DNA of 64,000 nucleotides from Candidatus Bathyarchaeia archaeon (lineage in GTDB: Archaea > Thermoproteota > Bathyarchaeia > Bathyarchaeales > Bathycorpusculaceae). The stretch's first letter is position 1, and every line of letters begins with the position of its first letter. The stretch is taken from NCBI GenBank assembly GCA_050010755.1, contig JBEKKK010000001.1, positions 352,001 to 416,000 of the forward strand, written 5' to 3'. Below, piece by piece: positions 1-9,408 of the stretch. A program made the translations under genes and the position numbers. The notes beneath the pieces are model-generated. The model did not search any database. It was not told where the DNA came from and worked only from the letters and a program-made list of their open reading frames with translations.

Positions 1-412
1 TGTGCTCAAAAATGCTCGAGACAGCTATTTCCAAACCGCATCCGCAATAGCCAGTCTTTCCCTTTTGCCTGTTGACATTACACCCGCGCACGCAAAGATG
101 ACAAGAGGATAGAATCCTGTTAGCAATTTCGATTTTCAGGTCCAAGTAGGATTTCTCTGGAGTTGGCATTGCGTGAAAGTCCCTTCCTCCTTCATCAATT
201 TCTCTCTGAATTCCGTTGAATTCCTCCGTGAGTGCAGCATGTATATGCCAAAGCTGCTCAGTGGAAGCGCTGATGCGGAATTCTGCTGGAGTTTTCTTGG
301 CTATCAGAAATTTCGCCGGCAATTGGTTCTGCATGACGGCGAAATATCTAGCTAGACTCTTCTTGGCTAATTTATCGTTTAGAACAGCAAGCGCGTCTCG
401 GCGTTGAAACAT
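1..412 (-). CDS. PflX-like radical SAM protein, N-terminal part (runs off the window edge; not in ORF track)
   Basis: Manual translation from ATG at 412: MFQRRDALAVLNDKLAKKSLARYFAVMQ...SYLDLKIEIANRILSSCHLCVRGCNVNRQKGKTGYCGCG...; the CxLCxRxCxVNR..G..G.C pattern is typical of PflX/COG1313. Confidence 0.8.
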   Translation of the reverse strand, partial: MFQRRDALAVLNDKLAKKSLARYFAVMQNQLPAKFLIAKKTPAEFRISASTEQLWHIHAALTEEFNGIQREIDEGGRDFHAMPTPEKSYLDLKIEIANRILSSCHLCVRGCNVNRQKGKTGYCGCGLEIAVSSIFEH

Positions 413-451
413 TCATATCTTTGCTCGATTTCGCTCGATATTATCGAGTTA

Positions 452-1507
452 CTAGAACAGAGCGAACGGAAAGGATTGCCCGCTTGCGTGCAGTTTGCCC
501 TTGATCGGGATTTCGTGTCCACACACCGGACAACGCATGTCCTTCGTCAGATTCCATCGCGTTATCATGAAATTGTAACGCTTAATCAAGGTTTCATTGC
601 ACTCCGGACAGTAAGTGTTCTCGGCCGGGTGACCGGGCACATTCCCGACGTAGACATAGTTCAAACCCGCCTCCTTTGCGGCAACATAGGCTTTCTCGAG
701 AGTTTCAATAGGAGTTGCCGGGATTGTAGTCAGTTGGTAGTCTGGGTGGAAACGCAGCAAGTGGAACGGCGTGTCCTTCCCGATGCCCTCACTGATCCAA
801 ACTGCTAGCTCCTTTATTCTTTCAATCGAATCTCCGGATTTGGGCACGATGAGGTTCGTAATTTCTATGTGAATGTTATTCCGTCTCATTTCTTTCAAAG
901 CCTCAAAAATTGGCGCGACCGAAGGAACAGCGGAAAAGGTCTTGTAGAATTCTGGATCCGCACCGCCCTTAAAATCCACAGTCGCGGCGTCCAAGTATGG
1001 AGAAATAGTTTTCACTGCTTCTGGTGTCATGTAACCGTTTGTTACGAAAGTGTTGAAAAACCCAACTTGGCGAGCGAGTTTGGCAGTGTCGTAGGCGTAT
1101 TCGAAGAAAATGGTTGGTTCCGTGTACGTGTAGCTTACTCCTTCGCAGCCATTGTCTCCTGCGGCTTTAATTACCTCTTCTGGAGGAAAGTGTTTGCCAT
1201 TCACCTTTTTTTCTTGACTTATCATCCAATTGTCACAGAACTGACAACGGAAGTTGCAGCCAATCGTAGCAATGGACAAAACTGAGGCCCCTGGGTTGAA
1301 ATGAGCAAGCGGTTTTTTCTCAACTGGATCTATGGCCGCCGATATTGCCTTCGCATAGTTCAGCGAAAAAAGACTCCCTCCTTCATTCTTCCTGACTAGG
1401 CAAAAGCCTGTGCCGCCATCGTTTATGAGGCATTTTCTGGCGCACAGGCAACAGTTGACTTTTTTATCCTGTAGTTTTTCGTAAAGCATTGCTTCGTGGA
1501 GTGACAT
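452..1507 (-). CDS. amrS: AmmeMemoRadiSam-system radical SAM enzyme (PFL-activase-like)
   Basis: N-terminal CxLCxRxC..G..GFC.VR.N, IDPVEKKPLAHF, GCNFRCQFCDNW, YTYTEPTIFFEY, LRFHPDY, YVYVGNVPG, C-terminal CPxC pairs. Confidence 0.85.
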   Translation of the reverse strand: MSLHEAMLYEKLQDKKVNCCLCARKCLINDGGTGFCLVRKNEGGSLFSLNYAKAISAAIDPVEKKPLAHFNPGASVLSIATIGCNFRCQFCDNWMISQEKKVNGKHFPPEEVIKAAGDNGCEGVSYTYTEPTIFFEYAYDTAKLARQVGFFNTFVTNGYMTPEAVKTISPYLDAATVDFKGGADPEFYKTFSAVPSVAPIFEALKEMRRNNIHIEITNLIVPKSGDSIERIKELAVWISEGIGKDTPFHLLRFHPDYQLTTIPATPIETLEKAYVAAKEAGLNYVYVGNVPGHPAENTYCPECNETLIKRYNFMITRWNLTKDMRCPVCGHEIPIKGKLHASGQSFPFALF

Positions 1508-1551
1508 TCAATCAGCCTCTTGGCTCTCTAGATAAATCAATCTACGCAACA

Positions 1552-2175
1552 TTATATCTGTTCACTCGCCTCTGAATGCGGGCTCTCCCTTACCTCGAAA
1601 ACCAATGGTGGAGACGCAGTTTTGGCGTCCAATTCTATGTCGAGCAAGCCTTCGAGAAAACCAGCCCAGATTTCAGACTCGTTGATGAAAGGTGTTTTTA
1701 TCAGGAGATATCTGTCCTTCAGATAGAAGTCACCGAACCCTTGCACTCTTAAGCGCTTGAAAACTTCTGGCCATTTCTCACGCTTTGTGGTTTGTATTCC
1801 AATCGCGGTTTCTATCGAAACTCTTGCGGCCTCGCCCATTTTCTTTCCGATACCCCGCCATTTCTCCGTCGGAACGTTGTTTATCAGAATGCTAACCAAC
1901 TCCGCATTTACGAAGGCTATCCTGCTTATTCCGCAGTAATACTCGCCTGGAAAACGCCAGTCGTAAATCATCATGCTTCGGTAGACATCAAGCATTTTTG
2001 AAATTAGAGGCTTTATGCCAGGCTCCTTTCCTTCCCTAATTAAGGAGTCAACAAATGCTCTGTCATCTTTCTCCAAAATTATCGTTGTTCTCTTTGCGGA
2101 GGTCTCGCTTTTCTTAATTAGTTCTTGAAGTTTCTTCTCTTTGTCCTCTTGCATAACAATTATATTTTCCAGCAT
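1552..2175 (-). CDS. Hypothetical protein, probable ribbon-helix-helix N-terminus plus V4R-like ligand-binding domain
   Basis: 207-aa ORF; KRTTIILEKDDRAFVDSLIREG resembles RHH; GKKMG...QGFGDF...AGFLEGLL resembles V4R/HNOB folds. Confidence 0.55.
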   Translation of the reverse strand: MLENIIVMQEDKEKKLQELIKKSETSAKRTTIILEKDDRAFVDSLIREGKEPGIKPLISKMLDVYRSMMIYDWRFPGEYYCGISRIAFVNAELVSILINNVPTEKWRGIGKKMGEAARVSIETAIGIQTTKREKWPEVFKRLRVQGFGDFYLKDRYLLIKTPFINESEIWAGFLEGLLDIELDAKTASPPLVFEVRESPHSEASEQI

Positions 2176-2428
2176 ATTTTATATAATTTGCGTTGAAGCC
2201 TAAGCATATCAGAACATATAGGCATCGGGGTAACGTGGACTCTTGACGGTCTTCTCGTCACAAAACAGCTTCCGAACGTGAACGAGAATCAGGAAAACAA
2301 TAAGACCAAAAGTTTCGACCGAACGATTTTTAATAAGCCCAAGCGTCTTCTAGAACTGCCGATGAAGAGTTATTTTGCCTGAAGGGATGATGTGCTCTAG
2401 GGTATCTGAGGCAGAAGTTTCCTGAAGG

Positions 2429-2659
2429 TCATGTTATGACTTTGTTCTTGATAAGATACCATACGAGCAAGAATCCTATTATCAGCGAAAGAAGTCCGCC
2501 TGTGAAAGAGAAGAAAATGCCTCTTTTGAGAACTTTGGTTGCCAAATAAGCTACGTAGGGAGCACCGAAAATGAAAAGACCCGCAAGTAGGACCAACAGG
2601 AGTTTCCAATATTTTGAGCTCATCAGTCCGGTTTGGGTTTCTTTGTTTTCCTGGCTCAT
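2429..2659 (-). CDS. Small membrane protein (2 TM)
   Basis: Two hydrophobic segments; co-oriented directly downstream of the PAC2 gene. Confidence 0.6.
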   Translation of the reverse strand: MSQENKETQTGLMSSKYWKLLLVLLAGLFIFGAPYVAYLATKVLKRGIFFSFTGGLLSLIIGFLLVWYLIKNKVIT

Positions 2660-2701
2660 ACGTATCGCGTTCCGATGGATAATTAGATTTCACGCTTTCT
2701 C

Positions 2702-3355
2702 TTATAACCCTTCCTTCACTTCGTTGCCCAGGGCCTTCATTAAGAACTTGAAGACGGAAAAACCAGCCCCGCGATCCGCTTTAAAACCCGTCGTAGCACC
2801 AAGCAGACAGATGCCTTCCAAGCCGCGTTCCTTCGCAAGAGCCAATGTTAAGCCTGTTGCCCCAACTATCCTGCCCTTGCTGTAGATTACTCCGCCTTTT
2901 TCCATGAACTCTAAAGCAAGCCGAGGTGAAGTGGCTGCCACATACACCTGCGACTTTTCCTCGGTTAATGGCACACCGCCAACAGTCACAAGGAAACTGC
3001 AACCCTGTTTCTCCACAAAATCCAACGTTTCACCACAGAGCTTGTAGTGAGCCGCAACATCGTCAAAAGAGGGCTGCGTGTCTCCAGTCATTATGATGAA
3101 ATCATTCTTTTCCATGGGTGCCGCATAAAACTCGTAGCGGGGCAAGCGGCAAATTCCCTTTGAACTAATCGAAACATAATCAGGGAAATAGGGCGAATAC
3201 AACTCGGCAAAGGGTTTTGCACTGCAGAATTTCAGCAAGAGATAAGCCGCAATTTTCCCGACGTTTCCAAACCCTGGCAAACCTTGAACAAAAATCGGAT
3301 CCTCAAGAACTGGATTTGAAAACTGACGAAAGTAAGGTTTCTCCATGTTAGCCAC
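2702..3355 (-). CDS. PAC2-family proteasome assembly chaperone
   Basis: GLPGFGNVGKIAA, LYSPYFPDYV, TGDTQP, IVGATGL motifs. Confidence 0.85.
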   Translation of the reverse strand: MANMEKPYFRQFSNPVLEDPIFVQGLPGFGNVGKIAAYLLLKFCSAKPFAELYSPYFPDYVSISSKGICRLPRYEFYAAPMEKNDFIIMTGDTQPSFDDVAAHYKLCGETLDFVEKQGCSFLVTVGGVPLTEEKSQVYVAATSPRLALEFMEKGGVIYSKGRIVGATGLTLALAKERGLEGICLLGATTGFKADRGAGFSVFKFLMKALGNEVKEGL

Positions 3356-3827
3356 GCCAACATCAATAGCAAAGACTGTATAAAGCGTTTCCTAGTCGCA
3401 GTGGCTTACATCAGATTGAAAATTGAAAACATGTCAACAGTACCGTATCGAACAAACGCTAGGATGTTTAGCACATCCTACTCTAGCGCGCATGTGTGTT
3501 CCTAGATTGAGTTTCTAACTGTTGCACGACTTTGATTTGTGTGCTTCTAATTTTGTTAGTGAAGAGGACGAGAGTTCTAGTGTGCGCCAACGGCCTCCCC
3601 CCTCGGTCTACGATATGATCCAAATATGATTTCGGACAAACATGCGCGTCGCTCATAGGTTCGTTCAACCTCTCGCTCAGCTTCGTTGGCCTAGGTCGTA
3701 GCCGTAAAAACAAAACAGCACATTTTCTTTAAGGCAAACACTCGATTCATTCATGCTCGCGGCTCAAGCAACGCAATTTCGGAACAGACATGTGCATAAA
3801 TGACTTTCTTTTTTCGCATCGCATTAT

Positions 3828-3841
3828 GAAAAGTTTAAGAA
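3828..3841 (+). promoter_or_regulatory. BRE/TATA promoter candidate for the tRNA-iMet transcript
   Basis: GAAAAG followed by TTTAAGAA; best TATA-like element seen upstream of the tRNA, about 155 nt before it. Confidence 0.5.
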
Positions 3842-3994
3842 CGTGACGCGCATATCTGAGAGAAGGTTAACGTAGGTCTTGCAACTCACTTTAATTTAGT
3901 CGTCTGAGGTCAAGCCTATTGGTTGACAATCAGGCTTTGAATCAAAGTGGGTTGTTGGCTTCCTGAGACGAATCCTGGATCGTTAGTCCGACGC

Positions 3995-4094
3995 AGCGGG
4001 GTGGGGTAGCCAGGATTAACCCGCTGGGCTCATAAAAGCTCTGTTGCTTTGAGAAACCCAGAGATCAGTAGTTCAAATCTACTCCCCGCTACCA
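3995..4094 (+). tRNA. tRNA-Met(CAT), initiator type, with a 21-nt BHB intron at 37/38 (4035-4055) and encoded CCA
   Basis: Acceptor AGCGGGG/CCCCGCT (A1-U72); D stem GGGT/ACCC; anticodon stem CTGGG/CCCAG with three G-C pairs; T arm AGTAG-TTCAAAT-CTACT; BHB formed by CTCA/TGAG helix with TAA and AAA bulges. Confidence 0.95.
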
Positions 4095-4258
4095 ATGCCA
4101 ACTTGAGATTTTTTCCCAATACTTATCCTCTTCTCGTAATTGAGCTTCAAAACGCTTCCTTCCTGAAGAGACGATGGTCCCAAGTTCCCTAACGTGTCTT
4201 GCTTTGATGGGCAACACAAAAAGATCAAGTATTAATATCCGCAAGATCACAAACTCTA

Positions 4259-5794
4259 TTGCGGATTACTTTGCAGATTGATGCCATAGAAACTTCTTTG
4301 CTTCAAGTCGCGGTCAATCCGTTTCTCAAGCGGATCGTCAGGCTCATTGACAAGGACTGCCCGAAGGACGGAAATCTTCTCTTGAACTCCCTAAGGTCCT
4401 TTCTGGGTGAACCGATTTCTCTGTGTCCAACCTGTAAGAACGTGAGCACGAAACTTGCGAGACACTTTTACGAACTGGGAAGCGGCTTCCTTCGAATGAA
4501 TAAGAACTTTATGCGAAATCAGTTTCTGAAGGACAAGTTCGGAGAATCCTGGTTCAGAGGATTCGGCCTTATGATGAAGGGGGTGGAAAAATATGGTGCG
4601 CGCATACCTTTTACGCCGGCAGGACCCTTCGAAATCGTTTGGAACGTTACTTATCAATGCAATCTCAGATGCAAACACTGCTACGAGAACGCTGGCCAGA
4701 AACGTCCAGAGCTATCCACAGAAGAAGTCAAACAAGTGTTAGACAAGATTGCAAGGCTATCAGGCATCGGCCTGCCAGCGCTGTCCTTCAGTGGTGGTGA
4801 ACCACTTGTGAGAAAGGATTTTTTTGAGATCGCAGCCTACGCGAAGAAACGTGTGGGCTACTTGAGCATCGCCTCAAATGGCACGTTGATTACGCGCGAT
4901 AATGCAAAGAGAATCAAAGACGTTGGAGTCGACTACGTAGAGATAAGCGTCGACGGAGCAACGCCAGGAGTTCATGACTCATTCAGGGGCATCTCAGGCG
5001 CGTTTGAAAGGACGATGGACGGAGTGAAAAACTCTCTTGATGCGGGATTGGACACTTGCATCGCAACCGTGTTGCAGAGGGACAACGTAAATGAGTTGAA
5101 CAAACTCATCGGGCTCTCGAAACAGTTGGACACAAGGTTCATGCATTTCAACTACATTCCAACTGGAAGGGCAAAAGCTCACTTTGAACTGGACTTGACT
5201 CCCAACCAAAGATACGAAGTGCTAGAAACTATGGGCAAAGAAATTGTGGGACTTTACACGCAAAAGAAAGAAGAGGAAATCAAAGACGGAAAATCCGATT
5301 TAAAGGTTGACAAATTCTTTAGCACATGTCCACAGTACGCGAGCGTCACAAAAGAACTTTCACGGAGGCATGGTGAAAAGTTTATGGTGGAAGCCCATTA
5401 TGCGGCAAAGCAGGGTGTGGAGAACGTCGCTAACTTCCTAGGCGGATGCGGCGCTGGACGGTTGTACTGCTGCCTCGAACCAAACGGAGACATAAAACCG
5501 TGCGTCTTTTTCCAAACTTCCAAGGAAACGGTCCTAGGAAACATGCTGAAGGACAGCTTCGAAGAAATATGGGATACAAGTCCCCTGCTGTGGAAACTCC
5601 GCACAAGAGAAGACCTTGAGGACTGTTCAATAGACGGAAAGAGAGTGGGTTGCGGACAATGTGCGGACAGGTATATATGTGGAGGTTGCAGAGCCAGAGC
5701 CTACAGCTACTTTGATGGCAACGTGAAAATGCCGGACGTCGGCTGCATTCAAAACAAGCCGCTGTGGGAAAGGATATCTAACTCAAAGAGATAA
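4259..5794 (+). CDS. Radical SAM/SPASM-domain protein with N-terminal extension
   Basis: CNLRCKHC, FSGGEPL, GGCGAGR..C..PNGDIKPC, CGQC..RYICGGCRARAY; exact start uncertain. Confidence 0.9.
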   Translation: MRITLQIDAIETSLLQVAVNPFLKRIVRLIDKDCPKDGNLLLNSLRSFLGEPISLCPTCKNVSTKLARHFYELGSGFLRMNKNFMRNQFLKDKFGESWFRGFGLMMKGVEKYGARIPFTPAGPFEIVWNVTYQCNLRCKHCYENAGQKRPELSTEEVKQVLDKIARLSGIGLPALSFSGGEPLVRKDFFEIAAYAKKRVGYLSIASNGTLITRDNAKRIKDVGVDYVEISVDGATPGVHDSFRGISGAFERTMDGVKNSLDAGLDTCIATVLQRDNVNELNKLIGLSKQLDTRFMHFNYIPTGRAKAHFELDLTPNQRYEVLETMGKEIVGLYTQKKEEEIKDGKSDLKVDKFFSTCPQYASVTKELSRRHGEKFMVEAHYAAKQGVENVANFLGGCGAGRLYCCLEPNGDIKPCVFFQTSKETVLGNMLKDSFEEIWDTSPLLWKLRTREDLEDCSIDGKRVGCGQCADRYICGGCRARAYSYFDGNVKMPDVGCIQNKPLWERISNSKR

Positions 5795-5831
5795 TATGAG
5801 AAAACCAATGCTATGCCAGCAGTCGGCGGAA

Positions 5832-6029
5832 TCAGGCCTTTCCGTTCTCTTCCTTTCCGAAGTAAGTTGTCCACTTAAGTTTGCGCGCATCTCTCCTCAA
5901 GAACAGGGAACTCTTTCTGCACTTGCTGGAGCAGAACCAAAATATCGATCCGTCATTCTTGATGAACATCATGCCAGTGCCCGCTGGGAATTCGCTGCCA
6001 CAAAATGAACATTTTCTGGGCCTCGGCAT
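5832..6029 (-). CDS. rpl24e: 50S ribosomal protein L24e
   Basis: MPRPRKCSFCGSEFPAGTGMMFIKNDG..FCSSKC...RKLKWT. Confidence 0.95.
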   Translation of the reverse strand: MPRPRKCSFCGSEFPAGTGMMFIKNDGSIFWFCSSKCRKSSLFLRRDARKLKWTTYFGKEENGKA

Positions 6030-6061
6030 CTGCCATCTCTCCAAATAACCTGATTGCTAGC

Positions 6062-6292
6062 TTATCTGTTAATTTTCTTTGCTTCCCTTTCGGTTTCCCT
6101 GAGCATTAAAAGGTCTTGGATTCGCACTGGCCCTTTCACGTTGCGGGTGATTATACGGCCCTTGTCTTTTCCTTCAAGGATACGTATTCTGACCTGCGAT
6201 ATTTCCCCCGTGACGCCGGTGCGTGCAATTACCTGAAGCACCTCTGCCGGCGTAAGCTCTGCCTGCTCAGCTTCTTTCTCCTCTTTGCTCAT
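6062..6292 (-). CDS. rps28e: 30S ribosomal protein S28e
   Basis: [43 protein letters not shown]. Confidence 0.97.
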   Translation of the reverse strand: MSKEEKEAEQAELTPAEVLQVIARTGVTGEISQVRIRILEGKDKGRIITRNVKGPVRIQDLLMLRETEREAKKINR

Positions 6293-6672
6293 CAGGTCGT
6301 TCCTCTTCTTAACTGTTCAATTCTCGTGACAATCTCTTTTACCAGTCCAGCAGCATCTCCTTCCTTGACGATGCACGCCGCTCCTGCAGGAACGTCAATA
6401 CCTATAGCAGTGCCAATCTTTTCCTTGCTCGGAACAAATACGTATGGAATTTTCCTTTCTTCACACAGCAGAGGCAAATGGGCAACGACTTCCGGCGGTT
6501 GCACATCTTCAGCTATCACCACCAGTTTAGCTTGAGCCCTTTCAATGGCCTTCGTCGTCTCATTCGTGCCTTTCCTGACCGCGCCTGTCTTGGCGACTAT
6601 TTGCAGGGCTTCATAGGCGGCATCTGCCAGCTCCTTTGAAACTTCAAACTTCACATAGAATGGCTTGGACAT
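6292..6672 (-). CDS. rpl7ae: 50S ribosomal protein L7Ae
   Basis: [11 protein letters not shown]...[40 protein letters not shown]. Confidence 0.97.
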   Translation of the reverse strand: MSKPFYVKFEVSKELADAAYEALQIVAKTGAVRKGTNETTKAIERAQAKLVVIAEDVQPPEVVAHLPLLCEERKIPYVFVPSKEKIGTAIGIDVPAGAACIVKEGDAAGLVKEIVTRIEQLRRGTT

Positions 6673-7030
6673 AAGCCTCACCCTTTTCAAATGCACAGTC
6701 TAATCAACACTACCTGTTTATGAATGTTTCGACCTTGTAAACCAAGGTTCGAACAGGTTCTTTTCGAAAATATTTCGGCTCTTCCTCATCTCGCACGGCC
6801 ATTGCCCGTCGGCTCTTGTTCAATCCTTATGCCAATTTCATTTGCTCTGTTGACTTACGTGCGAAATATGCTGGGCTTCAAATATCAAATCAAATGAGAA
6901 CCGGGCTCAAAATGTGAAACTAAGCCGCTTTGGACGTTGAATCTAAGGTGGGGGAACATGTGAACGTAGAAAGGTTTAAATAGGCTGCGTGGCTGAAGAA
7001 TTTTGCTTTTCATGAGGGGATATAAAAAGT

Positions 7031-7291
7031 TTGCAGAGATTAGGCCTAATCCTTCATGTAACCCCATCCCGTAACCTAATAGCAAAGATTGAAAACGTAC
7101 CCAGAATCGGTGAAGTAGTCGTGGATGAGAATCTGAAGCCTATTGGAAAGGTTTTTGACATACTTGGCCCAGTGTCTTCGCCTTACGCGACAATAGCTAC
7201 CACGATTCGGGACCCTGAGAGGCTCGCTAACAGGACGGTGTACACACTCCCCTCAAAGAGGAGAAAGGAGAAAAAGAGGTATGGACGATAG
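7031..7291 (+). CDS. gar1: H/ACA RNP protein Gar1
   Basis: LGLILH...[29 protein letters not shown]; conserved position upstream of tfb. Confidence 0.85.
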   Translation: MQRLGLILHVTPSRNLIAKIENVPRIGEVVVDENLKPIGKVFDILGPVSSPYATIATTIRDPERLANRTVYTLPSKRRKEKKRYGR

Positions 7292-8255
7292 TGAAGAAGT
7301 GAGCGCTGATTCAGCTTCTGGAACCCCAACGCAAAGCGCCGAACGCGTGAAGCTGCAAAGTTGTCCAGAGTGCGGCAGTACTAGGATTATGCGTGATTAT
7401 GAAAATGCCGAACTCGTCTGCATGAACTGTGGTTTCGTGTTAGCTGCAAAGATAACCGACAGAGGACCGGAATGGAGAGCTTTCGACGACGAGCAGAGGA
7501 CTAAAAGGACTAGGGTTGGCGCGCCGATAACGTACACGATTCATGATAAAGGTTTATCAACGATGATTGACTGGCACGACAGAGACATTTACGGCAAGAG
7601 CCTGTCACCTGGACAAAAGGCGCAGGTATACCGTCTTCGAAAATGGCAGCGGCGAATAAGAGTCTCTGACGCGACGGAAAGGAACCTCGCTTTTGCATTG
7701 TCCGAAATCACAAAAATCGCTAACAACTTGAATCTTCCGAAAAGCATTCTCGAGACAGCGTCGGTGATTTACAGAAAAGCCGTTAAAGAGCGACTGATAC
7801 GAGGGAGATCAATCCAAGGCGTAACGGCGGCAGCTATCTATCTGGCCTGCAGGCAATGCGGGCTGGCAAGAACGCTGGAAGAGATAGCACAAGCGTCAAC
7901 CGTTAATAAGAAGGAAGTTGGCCGAAGTTACCGTTTCCTGATAAAAGAACTCAACTACATTATTCCTCCGCTCAGACCGAGCCAGTACATAACGAAGTTC
8001 TCAAACCAGTTGACGATGCAGGGAAAGGTTGAAGAAATCGCCCACAAGATCTTAGCAGCTGCAAAAGAATTGAAGCTGACTTCGGGTCGAGGCCCAACCG
8101 GCATCGCGGCCGCAGCCAGTTATATTGCTTCAGTTTTAACCGGAGAAAGAAAGACACAGAGAGAGATAGCCGAGATAGCGCAGGTAACTGAGGTCACCAT
8201 CAGAAACCGTTACAAAGAGCTTGTTGAACGATTGTCATTTCAAATGACGCTCTAA
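7281..8255 (+). CDS. tfb: Transcription initiation factor IIB
   Basis: CPECGS Zn ribbon, [19 protein letters not shown], two cyclin repeats, [12 protein letters not shown]. Confidence 0.97.
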   Translation: MDDSEEVSADSASGTPTQSAERVKLQSCPECGSTRIMRDYENAELVCMNCGFVLAAKITDRGPEWRAFDDEQRTKRTRVGAPITYTIHDKGLSTMIDWHDRDIYGKSLSPGQKAQVYRLRKWQRRIRVSDATERNLAFALSEITKIANNLNLPKSILETASVIYRKAVKERLIRGRSIQGVTAAAIYLACRQCGLARTLEEIAQASTVNKKEVGRSYRFLIKELNYIIPPLRPSQYITKFSNQLTMQGKVEEIAHKILAAAKELKLTSGRGPTGIAAAASYIASVLTGERKTQREIAEIAQVTEVTIRNRYKELVERLSFQMTL

Positions 8256-8433
8256 ACCCTCTTTTCCCATTTTTTTAGTTTCTGGCATCATCATTTCAAA
8301 CCCGATTTTTGGATGATTTCTAAGAGCCAAGTCACAGTGGGTATGCAGACAAACATTTTGGCGGCTTGCATGTTCGGTTTGGTTTTCATTGCAAAATGCA
8401 TTTTAGGATCAAACGTGAGTTGTTTATTGGAGG

Positions 8434-8874
8434 ATGGAGGGGAGCAATTTGGTCAATTGCCCGAAGTGTGGGTGTTGCGTGAAGACGCCGGTCAAGATTT
8501 GGGCTATTCCTTCAAGAGAACCCTTGAAAGAGGGTGAGCAACCCCGACATGTTGGGATTTATGAATGTCCGAACTGCAGGGTCAGGTTCAGATCTGCTGT
8601 AGAGAGTGAAACTGGACCCGGAGAAAGAGCAAACATTGAGAACGTGGTTGAAAGAATTAAAGGCATAAAAGGAGAACTCGTGCAGACGCTCGTGAATCTT
8701 CGCGGAAAGATAAGCACCCTAGAAACTGAACGCGCAAGTCTGATGGTTGAAATCGAGAACTTGAGAAAGGTTGCGGAATCAAGAGTCGATACTCTTGAGA
8801 CTGAGGTAAGCATGCTGCGAAGCGAAGCAAAATCATTGAAGGACCTCTTGGGTTATGAAGAAGAAAATCATTAG
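8434..8874 (+). CDS. Zn-ribbon (Cren7-like) domain fused to a coiled coil
   Basis: CPKC...PVKIWAI...VGIYECPNC..RFRS followed by ~70 aa of heptad repeats. Confidence 0.65.
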   Translation: MEGSNLVNCPKCGCCVKTPVKIWAIPSREPLKEGEQPRHVGIYECPNCRVRFRSAVESETGPGERANIENVVERIKGIKGELVQTLVNLRGKISTLETERASLMVEIENLRKVAESRVDTLETEVSMLRSEAKSLKDLLGYEEENH

Positions 8875-8927
8875 ATACTCTTTCTAAGATTCTTGCCACA
8901 ATTGCTGGTTTTTTGCTCTGCCGCGAA

Positions 8928-9317
8928 TTAGGATTGCAAAGTTCGCTTGTAGTATTCCTGAGCCTTGGCCACGGCTTTGTCCGGATTAATCAAGATTAGA
9001 TATTTCTTGCCGGAAACTCTCTCCGCCCCGCCGTAGTACTCCACCACTTTCTTCGTGTCGCCCTCGTAAATTGCTAGTCCGCCAGCAACTTCATACCACA
9101 TTTGGGCGCTTGGGAAGTCTTTTTCTTTCTCGGCTTTCTTGGCTTTGTCAGCAGCCTGCTTCGTTGAAACGTCGATTTTTCTAGGATCAAGGAACATGTA
9201 GGCCAGGGCGTGATACGTCTCCAGGTCGCTTCCACAAATCTGCGCGAGTGTTGTCGTGGTTGTCGCTGTTATCGTGCTCGCTTGGTTTTTCTCTTTTCTT
9301 TCAGAGGTTTTTTCCAA
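8928..9317 (-). CDS. Hypothetical helical (TPR-like) protein
   Basis: 129-aa ORF with GGAG-type RBS; helical pattern AQMWYEVAGGLAIYEGD. Confidence 0.55.
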   Translation of the reverse strand: MEKTSERKEKNQASTITATTTTTLAQICGSDLETYHALAYMFLDPRKIDVSTKQAADKAKKAEKEKDFPSAQMWYEVAGGLAIYEGDTKKVVEYYGGAERVSGKKYLILINPDKAVAKAQEYYKRTLQS

Positions 9318-9408
9318 TCAAACCATCTCCTTCTCGTAAGCATTCTTGATTTGACCGTAATATAATAATAGGTAATTTTAAAGGTTTGTTCTACCAATAT
9401 AGGAGGCT

